From positions 8,668 to 72,667 of the forward strand of contig JBAXLI010000013.1 in NCBI GenBank assembly GCA_037134895.1: a stretch of DNA of 64,000 bases. The letters run 5' to 3'. Source of the DNA: Bacteroidota bacterium. Its GTDB lineage: Bacteria; Bacteroidota; Bacteroidia; Bacteroidales; FEN-979. This document shows positions 34,517-44,005 of this stretch, in pieces (the stretch's first letter is position 1; every line of letters starts with the position of its first letter). The translations under genes and the position numbers were made by a program. Under the pieces are notes generated by a model. The model was not told the DNA's origin. It ran no database searches and worked only from the letters and a program-made list of their open reading frames with translations.

Positions 34517-37249
34517 TTATTGAATCTTCTTTGTGCCGGCACCCTTTACGAATGCCGCATTTCTCCCGACTTCAAGCGCTTTCCCGGGATCCATAATCCC
34601 ATAAAGCTCTATGATCTTCGCAACTACCCCGGTCCAGCCTGTCTGGTGGCTGGCCCCAAGCCCTGCTCCATTGTCGCCATGAAAGTACTCATAAAACAAG
34701 AGGTAGTCTTTCCAGTGAGGATCAGCCTGGAACTTCTCAGTACCGCCATATACCGGTCTGCGGCCATGTTCATCGCGAAGAAAGGTACTTGCAATACGGT
34801 TGGCAATCTCCTTACTTACCTCGAAAAGGTTCATCAGTTTACCTGAACCTGTTGGGCATTCGATCTTGAAATTGTCTCCATAATAGAGATAGAACTGTTG
34901 GAGCGCTCTTATGATCATGGTATTCACCGGCATCCATACAGGTCCCCTCCAGTTTGAGTTGCCTCCGAACATGCCGTTATTCGATTCGGCAGGCAGGTAA
35001 TCGACCCTGTATTCCTGTCCCCCGAAATGGAGGACGTAAGGATTCTTTTCATGGAACTTTGAAAGGGAGCGAATACCGTGAGGGCCGAGGAATTCGTTCT
35101 CGTCGAGCATCTTTGTAAGAATTCTGCGGAGCCGTTCAGGGTTTACCAGGGCAATGATCCCCCGTTCCGCCACACCAAAGTGGCCAGGTCCCGTGGGATG
35201 GATTGTTTGGAGCAGTTCGGGCATCCTTCGCAAACGTTCCCTGAGACGTGCCATTGCCTGGGGTACCTGCTCCCGTTGCGCTTTCTCTATCACGGTTGTA
35301 GCGCATAACGGCAGCAGCCCAACCATGGACCGTACCTTTAGCCTAGCCGCCCTGCCATCGGGAAGCCTCAGAAGATCATAATAGAAGCCGTCCTCTTCGT
35401 CCCACATGCTGTCTTCACCGGGATGGTTCATGGAGGCTGCAATATAATAGAAATGCTCCATGAATTTTATGACCATGCCCTCGTAGTTGGGATCATGAAC
35501 TGAAAGTTCCGCTGCAAGTTCTAACATATTCTGGCTGAAAAGAGCCATCCAGGCTGTTCCATCGGCCTGTTCAAGATGACCACCGGTAGGAAGGGGAGCA
35601 GAGCGGTCGAAAACCCCGATGTTATCGAGACCAAGAAATCCGCCTTCAAACACATTCTTGCCAAAGCGGTCCTTCCGGTTCACCCACCATGTGAAATTCA
35701 GCAGAAGTTTATTGAAAGTGGTTTTCAGGAAATCCACATCAGTTTCCCCTGTCAATGCCTTTTGTGAGAAATGAAGGAAAAGTGTAGCCCAGGCATGTAC
35801 GGGAGGATTCACATCACTGAAGTTCCATTCATAAGCAGGCATCTGCCCGTTTGGGTGAAGGTATAAGCCGCTGAGCATAAGCTGCATCTGGTCCTTGGCA
35901 AAATCAGGATCAACGATTGCGATCGGGAGAGTGTGAAAGGCCAGGTCCCAGGCAGCATACCAGGGGTACTCCCATTTATCAGGCATGGAAATGATGTCCT
36001 CGTTAAGCATATGGTACCATTCAAAGTTCCTGCTTTGACGGAATCCTTTATGCAGGGGGTTGGATTTATGCTCGTCAAGCCAGTTGTCACCATCGAAGAA
36101 AAAGAATTGCTTGCTCCATAGCATGCCGGCTATGGCCTGCCGCATCACGTTGGCTGCATCTTCACTGACTGAAGGAGGAGTGACGGACTTGTAAAATTCA
36201 TCGGCTTCACGCAGCCTGTCGGCAAATACTTCATCAAATGTTTTACCAAAAGGCCTGGCCTTTTTGCCATCAGCCATTTTAGTTAATCTAAGACGGACCA
36301 CTGCGGACTTACCTGCGTCGATACTTATGTTATAATGCGCAGAGACTTTGGTGCCCTGTTTCTCGGGATTTATTGATTGCTGATTACCCTGTACGATAAA
36401 ATCATTGATACCGTCCTTCGCATGAGGACTTTCATTTTTTGTCCCTAGGAAAAGCCTTTCATGGTTTGTCTCGTTCTCGGTGAAGAGCAGGGGCACATCT
36501 CCTTCACAGGAAAAAATGAATTCACCAAGCAATTTATGAGCAGCAGAAACAACGCTTGAACCTGCCCCGGCCTTTACCTGTTCCAACTTCGGTTTTACTG
36601 AAGCCCTGTTCGATTCATCGATCCAGGACGACCAGTCATTCCTGAACCAGAGGGTTGGCAGTATATGCAATCCGGCCTCCTCAGGTCCGCGGTTGAATGC
36701 AGTGATCTTTACAAGGATGTCTTCCGGTCCGTCTTTGGCATATTCTACAAAGACGTCGAAATAGCGGTCCTCATTGAAGACCCCGGTGTCGAGTAGTTCA
36801 TACTCCATCTCCTCCCGGGAACGCTGACCGTTCGTTTTTACAAGATCTTCATATGGATAGGCTGCCTGAGGGTACTTATATAGGTACTTCATGTAAGAGT
36901 GGGTGGGCGTGGAATCAAGATAGAAGTAATACTCCTTGACATCCTCTCCGTGATTGCCCTGGCTGTTGGTCAGTCCGAAAAGCCTTTCCTTCAGAATGGG
37001 ATCCTTCCCATTCCAGAGTGCAAGAGCAAAACAAAGCCGCTGTTTGTCGTCAGATATACCAGCGATCCCGTCTTCTCCCCAACGATATGCTCTTGACCTG
37101 GCATGATCATGGGTAAAAAAATTCCAGGCATCTCCGCCTTCACTATAGTCTTCGCGAACAGTTCCCCATTGGCGTTCGCTTAAATAGGGTCCCCATTTTT
37201 TCCACGGGCTTGTATTTTCCCTGGCTTCCTTTAATCTGATCTTTTCCAT
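34517..37249 (-). CDS. GH63-like (MGH1/glucosidase-type) glycoside hydrolase
   Basis: About 910 aa. The N-terminus (PWKKWGPYLSERQWGTVREDYS...AWNFFTHDHARSRAYRWGEDGIAG) is typical of the large bacterial GH63-like glucosidases. It has a C-terminal (alpha/alpha)6-type region. Start MEKIRLKE at 37249 is preferred. Confidence 0.65.
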   Translation of the reverse strand: MEKIRLKEARENTSPWKKWGPYLSERQWGTVREDYSEGGDAWNFFTHDHARSRAYRWGEDGIAGISDDKQRLCFALALWNGKDPILKERLFGLTNSQGNHGEDVKEYYFYLDSTPTHSYMKYLYKYPQAAYPYEDLVKTNGQRSREEMEYELLDTGVFNEDRYFDVFVEYAKDGPEDILVKITAFNRGPEEAGLHILPTLWFRNDWSSWIDESNRASVKPKLEQVKAGAGSSVVSAAHKLLGEFIFSCEGDVPLLFTENETNHERLFLGTKNESPHAKDGINDFIVQGNQQSINPEKQGTKVSAHYNISIDAGKSAVVRLRLTKMADGKKARPFGKTFDEVFADRLREADEFYKSVTPPSVSEDAANVMRQAIAGMLWSKQFFFFDGDNWLDEHKSNPLHKGFRQSRNFEWYHMLNEDIISMPDKWEYPWYAAWDLAFHTLPIAIVDPDFAKDQMQLMLSGLYLHPNGQMPAYEWNFSDVNPPVHAWATLFLHFSQKALTGETDVDFLKTTFNKLLLNFTWWVNRKDRFGKNVFEGGFLGLDNIGVFDRSAPLPTGGHLEQADGTAWMALFSQNMLELAAELSVHDPNYEGMVIKFMEHFYYIAASMNHPGEDSMWDEEDGFYYDLLRLPDGRAARLKVRSMVGLLPLCATTVIEKAQREQVPQAMARLRERLRRMPELLQTIHPTGPGHFGVAERGIIALVNPERLRRILTKMLDENEFLGPHGIRSLSKFHEKNPYVLHFGGQEYRVDYLPAESNNGMFGGNSNWRGPVWMPVNTMIIRALQQFYLYYGDNFKIECPTGSGKLMNLFEVSKEIANRIASTFLRDEHGRRPVYGGTEKFQADPHWKDYLLFYEYFHGDNGAGLGASHQTGWTGVVAKIIELYGIMDPGKALEVGRNAAFVKGAGTKKIQ

Positions 37250-37355
37250 AGTTCTTACGGTTTTCCCTGACAAATACATAAGACAAATAGAAGAGAATGT
37301 AAAAACATCCTCTTCTATCTGCAAGGTTTAAAAAACAATGTGTATAATTGAATAT

Positions 37356-37913
37356 TTACTTTTTCTTGGCAGTATCTGCCTTTTTTGGTTGTTCCTTTTT
37401 AACAGCAGCAGTGTCAGTCTTCTGAGGTACAACTGCAGGCACGGCAGCGGCCAATTTCATCTGGAACTTCCCTTCTTTATCAAACAGAAGTGATTGGGCA
37501 TCATTACCTTTTATGATTTTAACTTCATATGCTTCATCGTAGGCATAGGCCTCCGTAAGCTTATACTCCATCTTTTTAATATATTTCGAAATGTCATTAT
37601 CAACATCCTTGACAGCCATAGTGGTTCTGATCTGCACCGGATTTTTTGCCTTATCAGCTTCTGTTTCCGATTTCAGAAACTTCCCCTTCTGATCAAAGAT
37701 AAACCATTCTGAAGCATTACCCTTCTGAGCTTTCATTTCAAAGAAAGGCAGATGCTTGTATGCTTCCACTGCTTTGTATCCATCAAAATTTTTCTTAATG
37801 TATTTCTCAATCTTTGAGTCTAGGTCCTTTAAATTCATGGTTACTTTTTCCTGAGCCTGGATAAGCCCGGTTAACAGAATACCCAAAACGAATAATGTAA
37901 ATGCTTTTTTCAT
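37356..37913 (-). CDS. Periplasmic PepSY-like two-repeat protein
   Basis: Signal peptide and an internal duplication (KYIKKNFDGYKAVEAY...WFIFDQKGKF / KYIKKMEYKLTEAYAY...SLLFDKEGKF). Lys-rich tail. Confidence 0.5.
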   Translation of the reverse strand: MKKAFTLFVLGILLTGLIQAQEKVTMNLKDLDSKIEKYIKKNFDGYKAVEAYKHLPFFEMKAQKGNASEWFIFDQKGKFLKSETEADKAKNPVQIRTTMAVKDVDNDISKYIKKMEYKLTEAYAYDEAYEVKIIKGNDAQSLLFDKEGKFQMKLAAAVPAVVPQKTDTAAVKKEQPKKADTAKKK

Positions 37914-38048
37914 AATTTTTGTATTTAAGGTTTAGTTTATTGTAAAGTTCCAAAAAATCAAGTTCCATTCAGCATACCTGGTAAAATATTTCCTTAGACT
38001 CAAAGGATCATAAACCGAAGAGGACGAGAAAATGAAAAATATTCAAGT

Positions 38049-38097
38049 CAAAGGTATTCCCGCATTGAAGCAGGCACAATACTGATAAATGAGTATT
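38049..38097 (-). promoter_or_regulatory. Candidate operator plus -7 box (site S4). Minus strand: AATACTCA-TTTA-TCAGTATT G, then 20 nt, then TACCTTTG
   Basis: The box is at 38049-38056 and the palindrome at 38078-38097, upstream of the PepSY-like/GH63/GH13 gene string. The flank CAGGCACAATACTGA is nearly identical to S7 (CAGGAACAATACTGA). Confidence 0.5.
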
Positions 38098-38259
38098 TTT
38101 AAAGAACTTTTGTCATATGGCAATATCAAAAAAAATTCATATACTACAGATAATTAAGACGGTACGGATTACAAATTATTCCTTAAGTTCATTGAGACCT
38201 ATACCCCGCCCAGATTCAATGGAACAAATTTTTAATTACATTTACATATAATTTGCAAA

Positions 38260-39543
38260 ATGACCTGGCTTCAGCGATATCGTATTCTAAATTATTTCAG
38301 GAATTCAATCTGGATTCTTCCTTCCCTTGGAATGCTGGTTGCGATGGCAACAGTTCGCATTCTTAACGGAATTGAAGTGGAAATGGGATGGATAGCTGAA
38401 TTCGATCCATCAACCTCCATGACAGTAATGGGTACCCTTGCGGCATCCATGTTCACACTCATTGTATTTGTTTGTTCCGCTTTGCTGATATCGGTGCAAT
38501 TAGCCAGCGCTTCTCTCACACCCCGCTTCATCAGCCTGGTGTTCCGTAACCCTTCCATCAAACTTTCTTTGACCTTATTTGTTTTTACATTCACTCTCAC
38601 ATTGGCTGCTTTGCTGAGAATTAAAAGCACCGTTCCTATGCTTACTGCATATGTTGCTTGTTACAGTTGTGTTCTGAGCCTGGGGGTTTTTATTTATCTG
38701 GTAGATGAGGTTGGAAGAGCCCTCCGTCCAAGCGGGGCTTTGACCCTGGTAGCAAGGATGGGCCGTGATGTTATAAAAAATGTTTATCCACGACTCCTTT
38801 CCAATTTATCCGGAGCTGCACTTCAGCCTCTGCAAATCTTTGACAAGGGACCAAGGGCCACCATTCTGAATCCAAGGGAAGGGGTCATACTGGCTTTTGA
38901 TATTAAAGGACTTGTTTCCTTAGCTCAAACCAACGACTGTGTAATTGAGATGGTACCCCAGGTAGGTGATTTCGTTGCGGCCGACCAACCCCTGTTCAGG
39001 ATTTACGGAGAAGGTGAAATGCCGGCCTCCAAATCACTTTACCAATCGGTTGCTGTAGGGCCCGAGCGAACCTTACAGCAAGACCCCGGCTTTGCGTTCC
39101 GCATTATCGTCGATATTGCATCAAAGGGACTCTCGCCGGCAATCAACGACCCGACTACCGCTGTGCAGGCCATTGACCAGATTCAATACCTGCTTCGCCA
39201 CCTGGGCGGCCGTCGTCTGGATGAGGGATTGAGAATGGATGCAAAAGGCTCATTAAGACTTGTTTACCAGACCCCCGATTGGGAAGATTTCGTTGGGCTG
39301 GCAGTAACCGAAGTACGTCATTTCGGAGGGACAAGCATACAGATCGCACGACGATTAAGGGCAATGCTTGAATCACTTATTATGACGTTAACCGAAAAAA
39401 GAGCTGCTGTTCTTCAACTGGAATTAAGCCTGCTGACGAGATCCGCAAGACGTTTTTTCCCTGACACCGAAGATCAGGAAATGGCTGATGTTAGTGATTT
39501 ACAGGGGGTGGGTAGCAAAAAGTCTTTTAAACACAAAACATAG
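38260..39543 (+). CDS. DUF2254-domain membrane protein
   Basis: N-terminus LQRYRILNYFRNSIWILPSLGML, four TM segments and a large cytoplasmic C-terminal domain, as in DUF2254. Confidence 0.6.
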   Translation: MTWLQRYRILNYFRNSIWILPSLGMLVAMATVRILNGIEVEMGWIAEFDPSTSMTVMGTLAASMFTLIVFVCSALLISVQLASASLTPRFISLVFRNPSIKLSLTLFVFTFTLTLAALLRIKSTVPMLTAYVACYSCVLSLGVFIYLVDEVGRALRPSGALTLVARMGRDVIKNVYPRLLSNLSGAALQPLQIFDKGPRATILNPREGVILAFDIKGLVSLAQTNDCVIEMVPQVGDFVAADQPLFRIYGEGEMPASKSLYQSVAVGPERTLQQDPGFAFRIIVDIASKGLSPAINDPTTAVQAIDQIQYLLRHLGGRRLDEGLRMDAKGSLRLVYQTPDWEDFVGLAVTEVRHFGGTSIQIARRLRAMLESLIMTLTEKRAAVLQLELSLLTRSARRFFPDTEDQEMADVSDLQGVGSKKSFKHKT

Positions 39544-39625
39544 ACAGGTTTCCCGAGATAAAATAATTTCCGGATATTATTATTTTTGACTCCTTTAAGT
39601 TGTTCACTTTACACAGTCAGAAGAG

Positions 39626-40957
39626 ATGAAAGAAACTACAACTAAAGTTTTCAAAGTGGCATCATCTGCCTTCTGTAATTTTGTACTGACGATTACATTC
39701 CTTTTAACAACCTTCCCGATATCCGCCCAGAAAAGCGAAAAAACATTTAAACAGGACGATGTTTTCAGCATTTTTGTTAAAAAAGCGAATCGGGCAAAAC
39801 GCGACAGCATTACGTTTCTGCCTCCTGTAATCAAGAAGCCATATTTTGCCACAACTCCGTTCATTGGCTACAATCCTGCCTATGGAATGCTGATCGGCGT
39901 GGGAACAACCATGGCAATTCACCTGGGTGATTTCAGCACGACGCCAGTCTCTTCAGTATGCGCTGCCATTAACCTTACTACTGCCGAGCAAACAATAATT
40001 ACAGTCCGAAGCAACATAATTACCGAGGATTCAAAATTTATTTTACGCGGTGACTGGAGATACCTGATTTTTTCACAGCCTACTTACGGGCTGGGAACGG
40101 GCATCAAAATGCATACAAACCGTGGGATAATTTTTAATGACGGCGGACAAACTGCCTCACTGCCTCCTGATGCCCAACCTCTTAATTATGAATACATCAG
40201 GCTTTATGAAACATTTTTTATCAGGTTTGCAAAGAACTGGTATTTTGGAATAGGATACTGCCTGGATGATTTTTGGAATATCGTGGATCACAACCTGCAC
40301 CTTGACAGTGTCCCCCCTCAACTCACAAGTCACTACCAATACAGCATTGATAACGGTTTTGATGCGACAAGCTATGTCATGTCAGGACTCAGTTTTGAAG
40401 TTTTGCTGGATAGCAGGGACAATACCATCCGCCCCACAAAAGGATACATGGCAAACATCGCTGTAAGGCCTAATTTCACATTCCTGGGAAGCTCAAAGAG
40501 CAGCTGGATGCTGAATACAGAATTCAGAACCTATATCAGTTTTTCAAAACGTCGTCCTGATCATCTTATCGGGTTCTGGTACCTTGGCCAGTTCAATCAG
40601 AAAGGAGCAGTTCCTTACCTGGGATTGCCTGCTCTTTGCTGGGATATGTATAACCGGGCGGGAAGAGGGTACATCCAGGGTAGTATCAGGGGTGTGAATT
40701 TCGTTTATGGTGAGACAGAATACAGGTTTCCTATCAGTCCGTATTCAGGAATTTTAAGCGGGGTCGTATTTGTGAATGCGACTACAGCCAGCTCTGGTGA
40801 CGATACCCGGAAACTTTTTCAGTATTTTGATCCGGCTGCCGGATTTGGATTACGTATCATGTTCAGCAGGAAGACCCTGTCAAACCTGTGTGTTGACTTT
40901 GGTTTTGGGGCGGATGGCACCAAGGGGATATTCTTCAATCTCAACGAGACTTTCTGA
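39626..40957 (+). CDS. Omp85/surface-antigen-like outer-membrane beta-barrel protein (no obvious POTRA)
   Basis: Signal-like N-terminus. Barrel motifs (GYNPAYGMLIGVG, RGYIQGSIRG, GETEYRFPI, GFGLRIMF) and a terminal ...FFNLNETF. Confidence 0.55.
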   Translation: MKETTTKVFKVASSAFCNFVLTITFLLTTFPISAQKSEKTFKQDDVFSIFVKKANRAKRDSITFLPPVIKKPYFATTPFIGYNPAYGMLIGVGTTMAIHLGDFSTTPVSSVCAAINLTTAEQTIITVRSNIITEDSKFILRGDWRYLIFSQPTYGLGTGIKMHTNRGIIFNDGGQTASLPPDAQPLNYEYIRLYETFFIRFAKNWYFGIGYCLDDFWNIVDHNLHLDSVPPQLTSHYQYSIDNGFDATSYVMSGLSFEVLLDSRDNTIRPTKGYMANIAVRPNFTFLGSSKSSWMLNTEFRTYISFSKRRPDHLIGFWYLGQFNQKGAVPYLGLPALCWDMYNRAGRGYIQGSIRGVNFVYGETEYRFPISPYSGILSGVVFVNATTASSGDDTRKLFQYFDPAAGFGLRIMFSRKTLSNLCVDFGFGADGTKGIFFNLNETF

Positions 40958-40983
40958 TTGTGCCGAACCAGCGATACTGATGC

Positions 40984-42708
40984 TTATTCGTTATCGGTTA
41001 TTTCATTCAAAGAAGCCCTCACCAGCTCATCCAGTGAATCTTTCCTGCTGATATGTCCGAATAGCACTTCCACATCTTCGGCACGAAGCATATCACGCAC
41101 CTGGGCATGGGCCTCGGCAAGCCTCAAAACAACACCCATATTCCTTAAATCCTGGTAAAGGCGCATAATTATTTTCGCCCCTTCCCTGTCAACATAGGGC
41201 GAAGTGCTCATATCCCAGATCACAGTTTTAAGCGATCCGTCAAGGCTCTGGATCCTGGCCATGATCAACTTCCTGAGGTTTTCGGCGTTAAAATAGAGCA
41301 CCGAAGACTCTACCCTGAATAAAAGCATGCCAGGGATCTCCTGGTTATCGGGATGCCTGACCATATCTGAATATCTGTTTGTACCTGGGATTCGGCCAAG
41401 AAACGCGACATACGGGCTTGAGACTGATTTAATAAGTAAAACCAAGGTCATTACTGCAGCAATCAATACTCCTTCGAGTATTCCGAAAACGATAACCCCT
41501 GTAAAGGCGACTATAGCAATAAGGAAATCGAGACGGTGGAATTTCCAGAGATGAACGAATTCTTTTACATCGACCAGGCCCCTGATGGCAACGAGAACAA
41601 CAGAAGCCAGGATGACATTCGGAAGATTCTTCAGTAACCCGGTTAAAAACAGCAGGCAAAATGCGATGGTGACTGATGCCAGGACCAATGCCAGAGGTGT
41701 TTTTGCACCTGCTTTTTCGTTGACTGCCGATTGTGACAGACCTCCGCTCACAGGGTAACCCTGTCCGAGGGCAGTAGCCAGGTTCGCCGCGCCAAGGGCA
41801 AGCAGTTCCTGTCGTGCATCGATGTCATACCCGTTTTTTCGCGCAATCGCCCGGGCTGCAGAAACTGATTCAATATAGGCCAGGAGAAAACAGGCAAACG
41901 CAAGAGGAATTATCCCTTTAACATCGCCTATGTGTAAAGTTGGCAGCCGAAACTGTGGCAGTCCACTGGGAATTATCCCTACCGTTTTAAAACCTTCTTC
42001 TCCCAGTGATGTAAGAGAAACAAGAATTATTGATATGATTACAACGATTATAGCTACAGGTCTTCCCGGCAGGGCTTTCTCCCCTGCGATCAGCACAGCA
42101 ATTGCTGAGATCCCGAATATTAAAACAGCAAGGTTGGTTTGCGGCAACTGGGAGATAACAGCAATGATCCTCTCAAAAAAATTCTCTCCACCTCCGGGGA
42201 CTCCGAAGAGCTTTGGTAGCTGGGTGAGTCCAATAGCCACTGCAGCCCCTGCCTTAAACCCAAGTAAAACCGTCTCACTGATAAAATTAATAATACCGCT
42301 CAGCCTGAGCAAATAGGCAAGAAAACTCATAAAAGCAAATACGATTGCAGTAAGTGAGGCTATTTCGGCCCAGCGCTGGGGATCTCCGTTGGCCATTCCT
42401 GCGATTGTTGTCCCAATCAGAAGGGAAATAGCAGAAGTGGGGCCAATGGCAAGCTGCCTTCCACTTCCAAGCATGGCGTAAAACAGTCCGCCGAGGAGAT
42501 AACCATATATACCATACTGCGGGGGCAAACCGGCAAGCATTGCATAAGCGAGTGAAACCGGGATAGCATAAGCGGCAAGTGTGACCCCGGCGATTGAATC
42601 GCTTGCGAAAGTCTTCAAAGTATACCCTTTCAGCCATTCAGCTGCAGGAAAAAGACTTTTTAACCTGAACTTTGAATTCATATCACAAACAAATTTGTGA
42701 ATACCCAT
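40984..42708 (-). CDS. SulP-family anion transporter with STAS domain (second copy)
   Basis: LKSLFPAAEWLKGY...DSIAGVTLAAYAIPVSLAYAMLAGLPPQYG, multiple TM segments and a C-terminal STAS domain. An alternative start is at 42681. Confidence 0.85.
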   Translation of the reverse strand: MGIHKFVCDMNSKFRLKSLFPAAEWLKGYTLKTFASDSIAGVTLAAYAIPVSLAYAMLAGLPPQYGIYGYLLGGLFYAMLGSGRQLAIGPTSAISLLIGTTIAGMANGDPQRWAEIASLTAIVFAFMSFLAYLLRLSGIINFISETVLLGFKAGAAVAIGLTQLPKLFGVPGGGENFFERIIAVISQLPQTNLAVLIFGISAIAVLIAGEKALPGRPVAIIVVIISIILVSLTSLGEEGFKTVGIIPSGLPQFRLPTLHIGDVKGIIPLAFACFLLAYIESVSAARAIARKNGYDIDARQELLALGAANLATALGQGYPVSGGLSQSAVNEKAGAKTPLALVLASVTIAFCLLFLTGLLKNLPNVILASVVLVAIRGLVDVKEFVHLWKFHRLDFLIAIVAFTGVIVFGILEGVLIAAVMTLVLLIKSVSSPYVAFLGRIPGTNRYSDMVRHPDNQEIPGMLLFRVESSVLYFNAENLRKLIMARIQSLDGSLKTVIWDMSTSPYVDREGAKIIMRLYQDLRNMGVVLRLAEAHAQVRDMLRAEDVEVLFGHISRKDSLDELVRASLNEITDNE

Positions 42709-42723
42709 GCTTTATCTGAACCG

Positions 42724-43722
42724 CTACAGTCCTTGAAACTGAGGGTCGATCTTTTTACACAGATTCAGTGATTCATTCCACAATTTTTCACCTTCAGCCT
42801 CATCATAAACCTTCTTATCCATCTGCTTGAGTTTGAACATATGCAGGTATTCGGCCGTTTTCCCTTCATAATCAGGTGAAATGCTCATATAGATCACAGG
42901 AAGGGCAGCCTTGCCGGGTGATCTGAAGATCAGGCTGAATATCAGGTTGAGCACCATACGTAAGGCAAATGGAGCTGCACGGGTGATATTGGAATGTACA
43001 GGACCCGGACAGATCACGTTCACTCCTACCCTCACCTTATCTTTGTTTATCCTTCTCGACAGTTCCACAGCATAGGTATTCAGAACCAGTTTAAAATAGC
43101 TGTAATTCTCAATCCCTTTGGATACGCCATAATCGTAATAGCGCCCAAATTCACTATAGTCAATAGCTGAACTTCCCTGGTGAGAATCTGAAGAGATAAA
43201 TATTATCCGGGGAAGAAAAACTGAGGCTTTTTCAAAAGGTATAACCCCTTTTTTAAGCATCGCATTTGTAAGGATCACATTCGAGAGATAATTTACCTGG
43301 AACATTTCTTCCTGACCCGATTCCATCTTCCTGGGTTTGGGAAGAGCAACTCCTGCATTCAGAACAGTCGCATCGGGTCTTATACCTTCATTCGAAAGTG
43401 CGTCAACAAAATCATGAATGCTGCTAATCCTTGTCATATCAATGTATCTCAGCTCAACCTTATCGGAACCGCTGAGCCGGCGAACACGTTCGAGGGCTTC
43501 ATTACTCCTGTTGCGGTTGGCCATTATAACCCTCGCACCCCTCCTGGCAAATTCAACGGCCAGGGCAAACCCCAGACCCGAATTGGCTCCTGTGACAATA
43601 CATGTTTTGTTTTCAAAACGATCGGCAGAGCTAAAGCGTGAAGCCCTTTCCTGCTTCCTGAAAAGATCGAGAAAGCCGGCAAGGGAAGCAATTACCGGGT
43701 TATCAAAACGTCCATGCGACAT
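42724..43722 (-). CDS. SDR-family oxidoreductase
   Basis: CIVTGANSGLGFALAVEFARRGARVIMANRN (TGxxxGxG), NAG motif, and a YxxxK-type region (YGVSKGIENY). Confidence 0.75.
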   Translation of the reverse strand: MSHGRFDNPVIASLAGFLDLFRKQERASRFSSADRFENKTCIVTGANSGLGFALAVEFARRGARVIMANRNRSNEALERVRRLSGSDKVELRYIDMTRISSIHDFVDALSNEGIRPDATVLNAGVALPKPRKMESGQEEMFQVNYLSNVILTNAMLKKGVIPFEKASVFLPRIIFISSDSHQGSSAIDYSEFGRYYDYGVSKGIENYSYFKLVLNTYAVELSRRINKDKVRVGVNVICPGPVHSNITRAAPFALRMVLNLIFSLIFRSPGKAALPVIYMSISPDYEGKTAEYLHMFKLKQMDKKVYDEAEGEKLWNESLNLCKKIDPQFQGL

Positions 43723-44005
43723 AGTGAAAATAGTTTTATCAGTTAGTGAAGACCGAACGCAAAAGTAGGCATTCTTGCAAATTAAATTGTATTTTTGGAA
43801 TCACTTGATTACACAGGAAGTAAAATCAAAAAAACAAACGTATGTTCGAAAAACTCAACAAACACAAATGGTGGATCATTATTCCCATAGGAATTGCAAT
43901 AATTCTTTATATCGTTTTTACATGATTTTATTCAGATGAAACCAACAAACGATTATATTGCCGACTTCATTTGTTGTTGCCTGAAATCATGTAACATAGC
44001 GGACT

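Noticed and set aside
43842-43925. 27-aa ORF (MFEKLNKHKWWIIIPIGIAIILYIVFT), a possible small membrane peptide upstream of the first PocR kinase and downstream of a TATTTTTG box (43785-43792).
   Set aside because: It is plausible as a single-TM micropeptide, but there is no supporting evidence such as conservation or a known family. It is too short to call from sequence alone.
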